Assembly (NCBI RefSeq): GCF_050874245.1
Contig: NZ_JBNMKH010000001.1
Coordinates: 9,140-73,139, forward strand
Source: Bifidobacterium sp.
GTDB taxonomy: Bacteria > Actinomycetota > Actinomycetes > Actinomycetales > Bifidobacteriaceae
Direction: 5' to 3'
Length of the DNA: 64,000 nt
This document shows positions 1 through 8,489 of the stretch, in pieces. The notes beneath the pieces were generated by a model. That model was not told where the DNA came from. It searched no databases and saw only the letters and a list, made by a program, of their open reading frames with translations. How positions within the stretch are numbered: position 1 is the first letter of the stretch; every line of letters begins with the position of its first letter. The position numbers and the translations under genes were made by a program.

Positions 1-383
1 TGCTCGTCCGAGTTTCCATCGATGACGGCGGAATCAAGGAAAGCACGCATGTCGGCGACGGCGAGCACGCCTTGCGCATCGGAACTCATACGTCGCATGA
101 CATCGTGCGTCACCTTATGTACATAGGCGCCGGCCTGCATGGCCTTCCCTGCCATCTGCGCCGCGATCGGGGTGATGAAGGTCGCATCCGGCTCTGCGGA
201 GACGACCTCCACATACAGGTCCTCGACTAGGTCGGGATGCCAGGCAAGCAATTCGCGCACCGACTGCGGTCCTTCCACCATGAACCGTCCGGAACGTTTG
301 CGTCCTTTGCGGTCGGCGAGTTCAGCGACCCTGCGGATACGTTCCGCCTTCGGGTTTGCAATGACTTCGGATTTAATTGGCAT
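1..383 (-). CDS. TrmH/TsnR-family RNA methyltransferase, N-terminal part (runs off the window)
   Basis: My translation of the minus strand gives MPIKSEVIANPKAERIRRVAELADRKGRKRSGRFMVEGPQSVRELL, typical of the SpoU N-terminal domain (FxVEG). An alternative start is at 389. Not in the supplied ORF track. Confidence 0.8.
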   Translation of the reverse strand, partial: MPIKSEVIANPKAERIRRVAELADRKGRKRSGRFMVEGPQSVRELLAWHPDLVEDLYVEVVSAEPDATFITPIAAQMAGKAMQAGAYVHKVTHDVMRRMSSDAQGVLAVADMRAFLDSAVIDGNSDE

Positions 384-582
384 GCGCATTAGCCTAACAC
401 CTTCGAAGCGGTTTGAGGCGCAGACATGTCATGTTTTGAGGCATTCAGCAAACACCCAGTCACGTTCCAGCGTCGGCAAAGCATCTTTCTGCCGTACGCC
501 AAGATACGGTTTTTACCATCGGCTTAAACGCCGATCGCGAGCGGCGCGAACCATCAACCAATAAGACATAAGGAAAACCACC

Positions 583-2304
583 ATGTTCGTCCTCAGGAAC
601 GCGTGGAAAAGCGTCACCCGCAACAAGGGCCGCAACATTCTCATCATCGTCATCGTTACCATCATCGCGGCCGCCGTCACAATCGGTCTCTCCATCCGTC
701 AAGCCGCAACCACCGCCAGAACGAACGGTCTGGCAGACACCACCGTCACCGCTCAGATCAGCCTCGACAGAAGCAAGCTCATCAACGAATCGAGACAGCA
801 GACCACAACGGATTCCGACTCGTCCGATTCATCCGAAACCGACGGCAAGCCCGACTTCGATGCGATGCGGTCCGCCTTGGCCGACAAACAGCTTTCACTC
901 GCCGACTACCAGAAATACGCGAAGGCGTCCTCAGCCGTTAAATCCACGTATTACACGGAGACCACAGGGCTTTCCGCCACCGACGATTTCCAGCCGGTCA
1001 GCGATTCGGACAATTCGTCCGAATCAAGCGGCTCCGACAATGCCAAGAAGTCCGGCGACGGCTCCGACGACACGGATGCTTCCGGCAAGCAGAATGGCCA
1101 ATCCACTCCACCCGACGGCAAGATGAGCGACAGTGGCGGCATGTCCGGTCAAGACGGAGAAACCATAGTATCCGGCGATTTCTCATTGGTCGGCTTCTCG
1201 TCCGATGAGGCCGTGTCCAACGCGTCCAACGGCAGCTTCACCATGGTGGATGGCAAAGTGTTCGGATACGGCGCAAGCAGCGACGGCGATGTCATCATCT
1301 CCAAATCACTCGCCGATTTCAACAACCTCTCCGTCGGCGACACCATCACCGTCTCCGATACCAACGATTCGGACACCACCTACAAGCTCACCATCGTCGG
1401 CATCTACAAAAACTCCACCGACTCGTCCCAGCAGATGGGAGGGCCGATGCGCTCCACAGCCTCCGACCCGGCCAACGCCATCTACACGTCCGTGTCCACG
1501 CTGAAATCACTGGGACTTGATGCCGACGCCGATTCCGATTCCGCCGCCCAGCTCAGCTACACCTACGTATGCTCCAGCAAATCCGATTACGAGACATTCG
1601 CCAAAGACGCCAAAAAGGCGGGCCTGAGCAGTGACTACACCGTTTCCTCCGCGGATGTGGAAAACTACGAATCCAGCCTGGTGCCATTGAACAACCTCTC
1701 GAAGTTCGCCCTGACGCTGCTGATCGTGGTGCTGGCCGTCGGCGCGGTCGTGCTGGTGGTCATAACCCTGCTTAACGTACGCGAGCGCAAATACGAAATC
1801 GGCGTGCTCACCGCCATCGGCGTGAACAAGGTGAAGGTGGCGGCGCAGTTCACATTGGAACTGCTCATCGTCACCATGATCGGTCTTGCCATAGGAGCGG
1901 GAGCGGGCGCGGCCGTGTCCGTGCCGGTGTCCAACCAGCTGCTTGCCAGCCAGATCGAGCAACAGCAGTCGCAGCAGATCGGCCAGCGCGAACAATTCGG
2001 TAGGGATATGACGAAGTCCGGCGATTCCACCGATTCCAAGGACGGTTCCGATTCCAGTGCCGGTTCCGCAACGGCTGACGAAAGCAATGGCGATGGCGGA
2101 AAGTCCCAGCGGCGGACGCAGGGCGGACCGGGCATGATGGGCCGCGCCGTGGACTATGTCTCCTCCGTCAACGCGACCGTCAATCTCAAGGTGGTCGGGC
2201 AACTGCTGCTCGTCGGACTGGGCCTGACGCTGGTCGCGGCGCTGGTCGCGGTGGTGTTCGTGCTGCGTTACGAGCCGCTGCAGATCCTCGCCGACCGTTC
2301 CTGA
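583..2304 (+). CDS. MacB/FtsX-family ABC transporter permease
   Basis: N-terminal AWKSVTRNKGRNILI plus a TM helix; large extracellular domain with S/D/G-rich linkers; RERKYEIGVLTAIG motif; three C-terminal TM helices; AAGGAAA RBS. Confidence 0.9.
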   Translation: MFVLRNAWKSVTRNKGRNILIIVIVTIIAAAVTIGLSIRQAATTARTNGLADTTVTAQISLDRSKLINESRQQTTTDSDSSDSSETDGKPDFDAMRSALADKQLSLADYQKYAKASSAVKSTYYTETTGLSATDDFQPVSDSDNSSESSGSDNAKKSGDGSDDTDASGKQNGQSTPPDGKMSDSGGMSGQDGETIVSGDFSLVGFSSDEAVSNASNGSFTMVDGKVFGYGASSDGDVIISKSLADFNNLSVGDTITVSDTNDSDTTYKLTIVGIYKNSTDSSQQMGGPMRSTASDPANAIYTSVSTLKSLGLDADADSDSAAQLSYTYVCSSKSDYETFAKDAKKAGLSSDYTVSSADVENYESSLVPLNNLSKFALTLLIVVLAVGAVVLVVITLLNVRERKYEIGVLTAIGVNKVKVAAQFTLELLIVTMIGLAIGAGAGAAVSVPVSNQLLASQIEQQQSQQIGQREQFGRDMTKSGDSTDSKDGSDSSAGSATADESNGDGGKSQRRTQGGPGMMGRAVDYVSSVNATVNLKVVGQLLLVGLGLTLVAALVAVVFVLRYEPLQILADRS

Positions 2305-2340
2305 TCGCACGACCACACATCACTTTTGAAAGGATTTCCC

Positions 2341-3093
2341 ATGATCACGAAAAACATGAATGCCGCAATCGACGGCGGAACGGGAAAGGGCACGGAACGG
2401 CAAGCACGCCAAACGGATGCGCCGACGCTTCGTCTCGACGATGTCAGCTATGCTTACACCAAAGGCGGCAAACGCGTGCTGAGGAACATCAGTCATGATT
2501 TTCATGCCGGCAAAGTGCATGCCATCACCGGACCATCGGGAGCGGGCAAGACCACGCTGCTCTCACTTATCTCGGGACTCGCCGTTCCCACGGAGGGCAA
2601 GGTACTAATAGACGGGGAGGATCTGGCCAAGCGGGACCGTTATCGTTTTCGCAGCCACGACATCGGCGTGATATTCCAAAGTTTCAACCTGCTGCCCAAC
2701 CTCACCGTTGCGGAGAACATCATCCTGTCGATGGACGCATCCGGCAAATCCTTCGACAGGCTTAAGAAAGACATCGTCTACGGGCTGCTCGAACAAGTGC
2801 ATCTGCCCAAGGAATACGCCAACGAACGCATCCTGCACCTGTCCGGTGGCGAGCAGCAGCGCGTTGCGATAGCCCGGGCGCTCAGCTACGATCCGGCCAT
2901 CATCGTGGCGGACGAGCCAACCGGCAATCTCGACCTCGCCACCCAGGACGACATCATGGGCATCTTCCAGGCGCTTGCGCATGATGGGAATCGCTGCGTC
3001 ATCATTGTGACGCACAGTCCGGAAGTGGCCAAGGCGTCGGATGAGGTGTTCGAGCTGGCGCCGATCAGAAGGCGCGGACGGCAAGGAAACTAG
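2341..3093 (+). CDS. LolD/MacB-type ABC transporter ATP-binding protein
   Basis: Walker A GPSGAGKT, signature LSGGEQQR, Walker B IIVADEPT, H-loop VTHS; 36 nt downstream of the permease. Confidence 0.95.
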   Translation: MITKNMNAAIDGGTGKGTERQARQTDAPTLRLDDVSYAYTKGGKRVLRNISHDFHAGKVHAITGPSGAGKTTLLSLISGLAVPTEGKVLIDGEDLAKRDRYRFRSHDIGVIFQSFNLLPNLTVAENIILSMDASGKSFDRLKKDIVYGLLEQVHLPKEYANERILHLSGGEQQRVAIARALSYDPAIIVADEPTGNLDLATQDDIMGIFQALAHDGNRCVIIVTHSPEVAKASDEVFELAPIRRRGRQGN

Positions 3094-3185
3094 GATACGC
3101 TCCAGGCAGACGGAAAAGCGACTGGACGGCAAGGCGACGGACGGCATTCCCATCATCGGCATCACGTGGAAAGCCTCCCGTCGTC

Positions 3186-3213
3186 TTGTCTTGTTGGACG
3201 GTGCCGCTATCAT
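3186..3213 (+). promoter_or_regulatory. Putative sigma70-type promoter of the riboswitch operon
   Basis: TTGTCT (3186-3191), 16-nt spacer, TATCAT (3208-3213). This would put the transcription start just before riboswitch P1 at about 3224. Confidence 0.5.
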
Positions 3214-3223
3214 TGGATTTTCG

Positions 3224-3308
3224 AGTACAGGGGCGCCGAATGCGGCTGAGACGGGCAAGGCCCGAACCCTTCAACCTGATCAGGATAATGCCTGCGTAGG
3301 GATGGTAC
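3224..3308 (+). ncRNA. TPP riboswitch (THI-box) aptamer
   Basis: P1 GUAC/GUAC; P2 GGG/CCC; P3 GCCG-aaug-CGGC; conserved GCUGAGA; P3a CGGGC-aag-GCCCG; then ACCUGAUCAGGAUAAUGCCUGCGUAGGGA, matching the canonical TPP P4/P5 core. Confidence 0.95.
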
Positions 3309-3403
3309 CGGTCACATGCATGGCCATGCTCCGTGCAAGCGCGCCTTCTGTGTCTCGATGAATCATCGCAGCATACGGAAAAGCGGCAAACGGAAATCGG
3401 AGG

Positions 3404-4810
3404 ATGCCCATGGCCAGTACAATGTCATCGCCGACGGCGGAGCAATCACAATCCACGAAGCGGTCACAGGACGGGACCGCATCCGTGACAGCCGGAGATG
3501 GAGGCGCTTCCGGCAAGCTCACACCTAAAAACGCCTTGCTTGGCCTGCAGCACGTGCTTGTGTCCAACGTATGGCTCGACCCGGTGTTCGTGGCCGGAGC
3601 CATCGGTCTTCCTCTGGCGTTGTCGTCGAATATGGTGAACGCCATTTTCATCGTGTCCGGTTTGGTCACGCTCATCCAGACCACCAAACTGGTGCGCCTT
3701 CCCATCGTGCAGGGTCCTTCGGCAGCGTTCGACGCGCTGATGATCGCGGCGGGCACAGCCGGCTCTCTTGCCGCGGCGGGCACGTCGATCTTCATCAGCT
3801 CGCTGATTTTCCTCGTGCTATGCCTGACACGCGTGATAGAGAAGCTACGGTTTCTGTTCGCTCCGATCGTATCGGGCGTGGTCATCTTCCTCGTCGGTGT
3901 GTCGCTGTCGAGCTTCACGTTAAGCGAATTCCTCGGCGGGGCGCCTGGCGACAAGGGTTTCGCCGACCCGAAGACCTTGGCTGTTTCCATAGTCACCTGT
4001 GTTCTGGTGGTGGCGCTCTCCCAATTTGGCAAGGGCATGGCGAAAGCGTTGTCGTATCTGATCGCGCTGGTTGTGGGAACGGCGATGTCGCTGGCGTTCG
4101 GCATGGCGGATTTCTCCGAAGTTTCGTCCAAGCCGTGGCTTGGTCTACCGAAATTCATGCCATATGGCGGCTTCGATTTCAATGCGGCGATTTTTGTGCC
4201 TTTCCTCATCGCATACCTGGTGGCCATCATGGAGGCGCTCGGCGTATATCAGGCCGCCACGGAGATTCAGGGAACAGAGCTTGAGAATCGCCAGGTGCGC
4301 TATGGGCTTGCCGGCGAGGCCGCGGGCTCGGCGATCTCCTCGCTGATCGGCGGCTTCACCACCACCGCATATCCGCAGAACGTCGCGTTGCTCAAAGTCA
4401 CCGATGAAGGCAAGACACGCACCCGTGTGCCGGTGATCATCGCAGGCGTGGTATTCGTGGTCCTTGGATTCATTCCGAAGGCCGGCGCGGTGCTTTCCCT
4501 TATCCCATCCCCGGTGATCGGCGGCATCTTCCTGCCGGCCGCGGCCAGTCTCATCAGCACCGGCTTCAACACGCTGCGCAAAGTGGAAGGCAACGACCGC
4601 AACCAAGTGGTGATCGGTCTTTCCCTGCTGCTCGGCATCGCCTTGCCGAACGCGCTCAGCGGCCTCGAAGGCGGAGCACATGTGTTCTTCTCGAACTCGA
4701 TTCTGGTAGGAGCGTTCAGCGTGGTGATTCTCAAGGCGCTCGTCATCGATCTGCCGGATATGATTGCGCGGCGCGCAGGGAAAACGGAACGTACGAAGCA
4801 AGCGGAATAA
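3404..4810 (+). CDS. NCS2/NAT (uracil-xanthine permease) family transporter, TPP-regulated
   Basis: GGAGG RBS; TM1 LGLQH motif; many TM segments; degenerate NAT signature QNVALLKVTD. An alternative start is at 3410. Confidence 0.9.
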   Translation: MPMASTMSSPTAEQSQSTKRSQDGTASVTAGDGGASGKLTPKNALLGLQHVLVSNVWLDPVFVAGAIGLPLALSSNMVNAIFIVSGLVTLIQTTKLVRLPIVQGPSAAFDALMIAAGTAGSLAAAGTSIFISSLIFLVLCLTRVIEKLRFLFAPIVSGVVIFLVGVSLSSFTLSEFLGGAPGDKGFADPKTLAVSIVTCVLVVALSQFGKGMAKALSYLIALVVGTAMSLAFGMADFSEVSSKPWLGLPKFMPYGGFDFNAAIFVPFLIAYLVAIMEALGVYQAATEIQGTELENRQVRYGLAGEAAGSAISSLIGGFTTTAYPQNVALLKVTDEGKTRTRVPVIIAGVVFVVLGFIPKAGAVLSLIPSPVIGGIFLPAAASLISTGFNTLRKVEGNDRNQVVIGLSLLLGIALPNALSGLEGGAHVFFSNSILVGAFSVVILKALVIDLPDMIARRAGKTERTKQAE

Positions 4811-4867
4811 TCGACACCGTCACGGCATCGGACATCGCATATACGGACATACGGAAAGGAACATGGC

Positions 4868-6010
4868 ATGAACACGCGTCAATCGCAGGAATCGGCGACA
4901 CTTGACGAGCAGAAGGCGGACATCAAGCGGGAGGTGCTCGACTTCATATCACGATACGGTTGCGCCAAAGCGCCGGATGATGCGTTCGACAGGCTGGCCA
5001 GACGCATCTTCTCTTTCCAGTTCGAGCATAATCTCCCCTATCGCGCCTACTGCATGTCCAAACGCGTCACTCCGCAGACGCTCACCAATTGGATGCAGAT
5101 TCCACCGATGCCGGTCGATGGCTTCAAGATGCTGACGCTCACCTCCGTGCCGGAAAATGATTGCGAGGCGGTGTTCACCACCAGCGGCACCACGCATCCC
5201 GGACAACGTGGCCGCAATTTCCATCCCGATCTTGAGGTATGGGACGAATCGATGATCGTGCCGTTCAGGCATTTCATCATGCCCGACCGCGAGCGCATCC
5301 GCATCGCGGTGCTCTCCCCCGCATGGGATATGAACGAGCATTCGTCGCTGTCACGGTATTTGACCCGTGCCATTCAGGAATGTGGCGCCGACGGCAGTGG
5401 CTTCTTCTTCCATGAGGATGGTCTTGATTTCACCGGCGTCGAGCATTTCCTCGACAAGGCTTCGGCCGGTAATGAGCCGGTGATGCTGATGGGCGCGTCT
5501 TCGGCCTACTTGTATCTGCTGGATTATCTGGACAAGCAGGGCAAGACCTATCGTCTTGCAGCCGATTCGCGCATATTCGACACGGGCGGTTTCAAAAGCA
5601 CCCGTACCGATATGACCGTCGACGACCTGTATGCGGCGTTCGGACGCGTGTTCGGGGTGCGGCGCACGCATTGTGTGAACATGTACGGCATGACGGAGCT
5701 GAGTTCCCAGATCTATGACCAGAATATTCTATCCTATTACACGGACGGTTCGTCGAATTATTTGAAGGAGACGCCGTCTTGGGTGCGCTCGGTATTCCTT
5801 GATCCGGCCACGCTCACGCCGGTCGCCGACGGGGAACAGGGCGTGATCGCGCATTACGATCTGGCGAATTGGAATTCCTGTCTGGCGATTCTGACGGAGG
5901 ATCTGGGCGTGCGTACGGAACACGGCTACGAACTGAATGGCCGTGCGAAGGGTGCCGAGGCGCGCGGCTGCTCGATCACCGTCGACGAGGTGATGGCGGC
6001 CAACGCATGA
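4868..6010 (+). CDS. luxE-like: LuxE-family acyl-protein synthetase
   Basis: FTTSGTT adenylation P-loop, GGFK, NMYGMTELSSQ, ILTEDLG, and C-terminal GRAKGAEARGCS with the acyl-accepting Cys (codon 5969-5971, Cys368). Confidence 0.88.
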   Translation: MNTRQSQESATLDEQKADIKREVLDFISRYGCAKAPDDAFDRLARRIFSFQFEHNLPYRAYCMSKRVTPQTLTNWMQIPPMPVDGFKMLTLTSVPENDCEAVFTTSGTTHPGQRGRNFHPDLEVWDESMIVPFRHFIMPDRERIRIAVLSPAWDMNEHSSLSRYLTRAIQECGADGSGFFFHEDGLDFTGVEHFLDKASAGNEPVMLMGASSAYLYLLDYLDKQGKTYRLAADSRIFDTGGFKSTRTDMTVDDLYAAFGRVFGVRRTHCVNMYGMTELSSQIYDQNILSYYTDGSSNYLKETPSWVRSVFLDPATLTPVADGEQGVIAHYDLANWNSCLAILTEDLGVRTEHGYELNGRAKGAEARGCSITVDEVMAANA

Positions 6011-7524
6011 GCGTCGTCGATGTTTTCCACGCGCCTCGCGATTTCACGTTCTCCGATTTCGACACGCGCGACGTTTCGTTGCCTGACGGCGATACGGTGA
6101 CGTTGCGTTTTCCCCGGCTTGACGCTTCCGCGGTGCACGCGTTGGCTGATTCGGTCCGTCGGCATCGCGAGAGAACGCTGGCACGATATTCCACGGATGG
6201 AATCGTGGACATCATCGCACAGGCGGTTGAATTGTGGACCAATCCATCGTACTCGGAACGTAGGCTTGCGGAACGTCTCATTCCCGCGATCACCGGCTAT
6301 GACGCCTCCATGGTGCGTATCGAATTGAAACGGTACATGCGCATGTTTCGCAGACGCGAGCTGCTGCGTTTCGTGGATGACGAATTGGATTGCCCGCAGA
6401 TGCTCGACGAGTACCGTCCGAACCGATCGGGCGGATACACGCGCTTGTATGGTCCAGAACTGTCGTTCCATGTATTCTCCAGCAATGTGCCGGGCATTCC
6501 GGTGTGGAGCATGACGATGTCCTTGCTGACGAAAAGCTCGATTCTCGGCAAATCGTCGTTCGACGAGCCGCTGATGCCGGTGCTGTTCGCCCGTTCACTG
6601 GCAAGTGTCGATCCCGATATGGCGGATGCGATGGCGATCGTGCCATGGCGTGGAGGCACGGTGGATTTGGAGGATGCGGCGATTGACGAGGCGGACGCGG
6701 TGATCGCATACGGTTCCTCGCATGCCACCGAGGCGATTCGTCCCCGCGTGCGTTCCGGCAAGCCGTTCCTGAGTTACGGCGCGAAAATCGGCTTCTCCTT
6801 GATCGGTCATGAGGCTCTCCGCGCGGACCTGTATGCCGATACCGTTCACCGCATGGCCATCGATGTCGCCACATACGACCAGCAAAGCTGTCTGGCGCCG
6901 CAAACCATGTTCGTGGAACGCGACGGCGCCGTGCCTCCCGCCCATGTCGCGGAGCTGCTCGCCTGCGAACTGGAATCCCAACAGTGCAAATATCCCCGTT
7001 CCACACCTTCCGAGGAAGAATCCCTGGCCATCCAGCGGCTTCGTTCCACAGCGCAGATGAAAGCCCTGATGCTGGGCGCCGGTCCACTGGCCGGCGTCTG
7101 CGAATCCGATGACGATTCCACGGCAACGGACGACCCGTTCGTCGTCCAATCACGTTCGGGCACCGATTGGACGGTACTGTATTATCCGTCGGTCGGCATG
7201 GCCGACTCCCTCTCCACGCCGTTGAACCGCACCATCAACGTCGTGGCGGTGGACCATGTGGAGGACGCGCTGCCGGTTTTGCGTCCCTACGCGCAGTGGC
7301 TGCAGACTTGTGGTGTGGCATTGGGGCCGGATAGGCTGTTTGCGGTGGCGCAGCGCGTCGGCGCCATGGGCATTGACCGCATATGTCCCCTTGGCGAGAT
7401 GAATCGCGCGAAATCCGGATGGCATCATGATGGCGGCTTCAATCTGCTTGATTTGGTGCATGCGGTCGACATCGAACGCAACACCGACGTGTATTGCGAC
7501 GGCTTCGACATGGATGTCGAATGA
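6007..7524 (+). CDS. luxC-like: LuxC-family acyl-CoA/acyl-protein reductase
   Basis: ATGA overlap with the luxE stop. Motifs SNVPGIP, ILGKSS, VIAYGS, YDQQSCLAPQ (catalytic Cys295, codon 6889-6891), RICPLGEM, WHHDG. Confidence 0.88.
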   Translation: MSVVDVFHAPRDFTFSDFDTRDVSLPDGDTVTLRFPRLDASAVHALADSVRRHRERTLARYSTDGIVDIIAQAVELWTNPSYSERRLAERLIPAITGYDASMVRIELKRYMRMFRRRELLRFVDDELDCPQMLDEYRPNRSGGYTRLYGPELSFHVFSSNVPGIPVWSMTMSLLTKSSILGKSSFDEPLMPVLFARSLASVDPDMADAMAIVPWRGGTVDLEDAAIDEADAVIAYGSSHATEAIRPRVRSGKPFLSYGAKIGFSLIGHEALRADLYADTVHRMAIDVATYDQQSCLAPQTMFVERDGAVPPAHVAELLACELESQQCKYPRSTPSEEESLAIQRLRSTAQMKALMLGAGPLAGVCESDDDSTATDDPFVVQSRSGTDWTVLYYPSVGMADSLSTPLNRTINVVAVDHVEDALPVLRPYAQWLQTCGVALGPDRLFAVAQRVGAMGIDRICPLGEMNRAKSGWHHDGGFNLLDLVHAVDIERNTDVYCDGFDMDVE

Positions 7525-7577
7525 TTCCATCCACGTCATCCCGTAAAAACTTTTTCTCCGAATCGAAAGGAACTTTC

Positions 7578-8369
7578 ATGCAGTCTGATCTTCTGCCATT
7601 GAACGGACGTGTGGCTGTGGTGACGGGCGCGAGCCGCGGCATCGGCGCTGCCATCGCGCGGCGTCTGGTCCGGGCCGGGGCATGTGTGGTCATCGACTAT
7701 GTCAGCGATGACGAGCGAGCCCAACAGTGCGCGCGGCATATCATGGACGACTGCGATGCGGCCGGACGCGTGATCACCTGCAAAGCCGACATCACCGACG
7801 CCGGACAGGTACGGAACATGGTCTCCACCGCAATCACCACGTTCGGCGGATTGGACATTCTCGTCAACAACGCGTTCGCGCATTACTCGTTCGATCCACG
7901 CAACCGCAGGACCTTCGACGTGATCGGATGGAACGATTACGCGGCACAGCTGGAGGGCTGTCTCAAAGGCGCGTACAACACATGCGAGGCGGTGCTACCG
8001 CAGATGAGACGTCAAGCGGGCGGACGCATCATCAACATCTCCAGCAACCTCGTGGACTCCCCCATCGTCCCATACCACGACTATACCGCGGCAAAAGGCG
8101 CGCTTGTCGGATTCACCCGCTCTCTGGCGCAGGAGGCGGGCGCGTGGGGCGTGACCGTGAACGCCATCGCAGCAGGTCTCACCGTGGGCACCGATTCGAG
8201 CCGAGCCACCACCGAGGATGTACGGGAACGCATCATCAGATCCACTCCGATGGGCAGACTCGCCACCGCCGATGACATCGCCGGAGCCGTGGCCATGCTC
8301 GCCGGCGATGACGCGGCGTTCATCACCGGTCAGACCCTGCATGTCGATGGCGGCCTTGTGATGCGCTGA
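7578..8369 (+). CDS. Classical short-chain dehydrogenase/reductase (FabG-like)
   Basis: TGASRGIG, NNA, IINISSN, PYHDYTAAK (YxxxK), GQTLHVDGG; AAGGA RBS. Confidence 0.92.
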   Translation: MQSDLLPLNGRVAVVTGASRGIGAAIARRLVRAGACVVIDYVSDDERAQQCARHIMDDCDAAGRVITCKADITDAGQVRNMVSTAITTFGGLDILVNNAFAHYSFDPRNRRTFDVIGWNDYAAQLEGCLKGAYNTCEAVLPQMRRQAGGRIINISSNLVDSPIVPYHDYTAAKGALVGFTRSLAQEAGAWGVTVNAIAAGLTVGTDSSRATTEDVRERIIRSTPMGRLATADDIAGAVAMLAGDDAAFITGQTLHVDGGLVMR

Positions 8370-8489
8370 CCGAACGGAGGGCCGCAGAAGCACGGGAGCA
8401 TGCGGGTATAGTGGTGCGTTGGCCCGGACGCCGGCATCACACGGCACAGGACTTCACAGTCACGGCACGTCCACCGGTAAGGAGGAAAC

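Noticed and set aside
4868-7524. Bioluminescence (lux) operon
   Set aside because: No luxA/luxB/luxD in the window; the context (TPP riboswitch, permease, SDR) points to metabolism.
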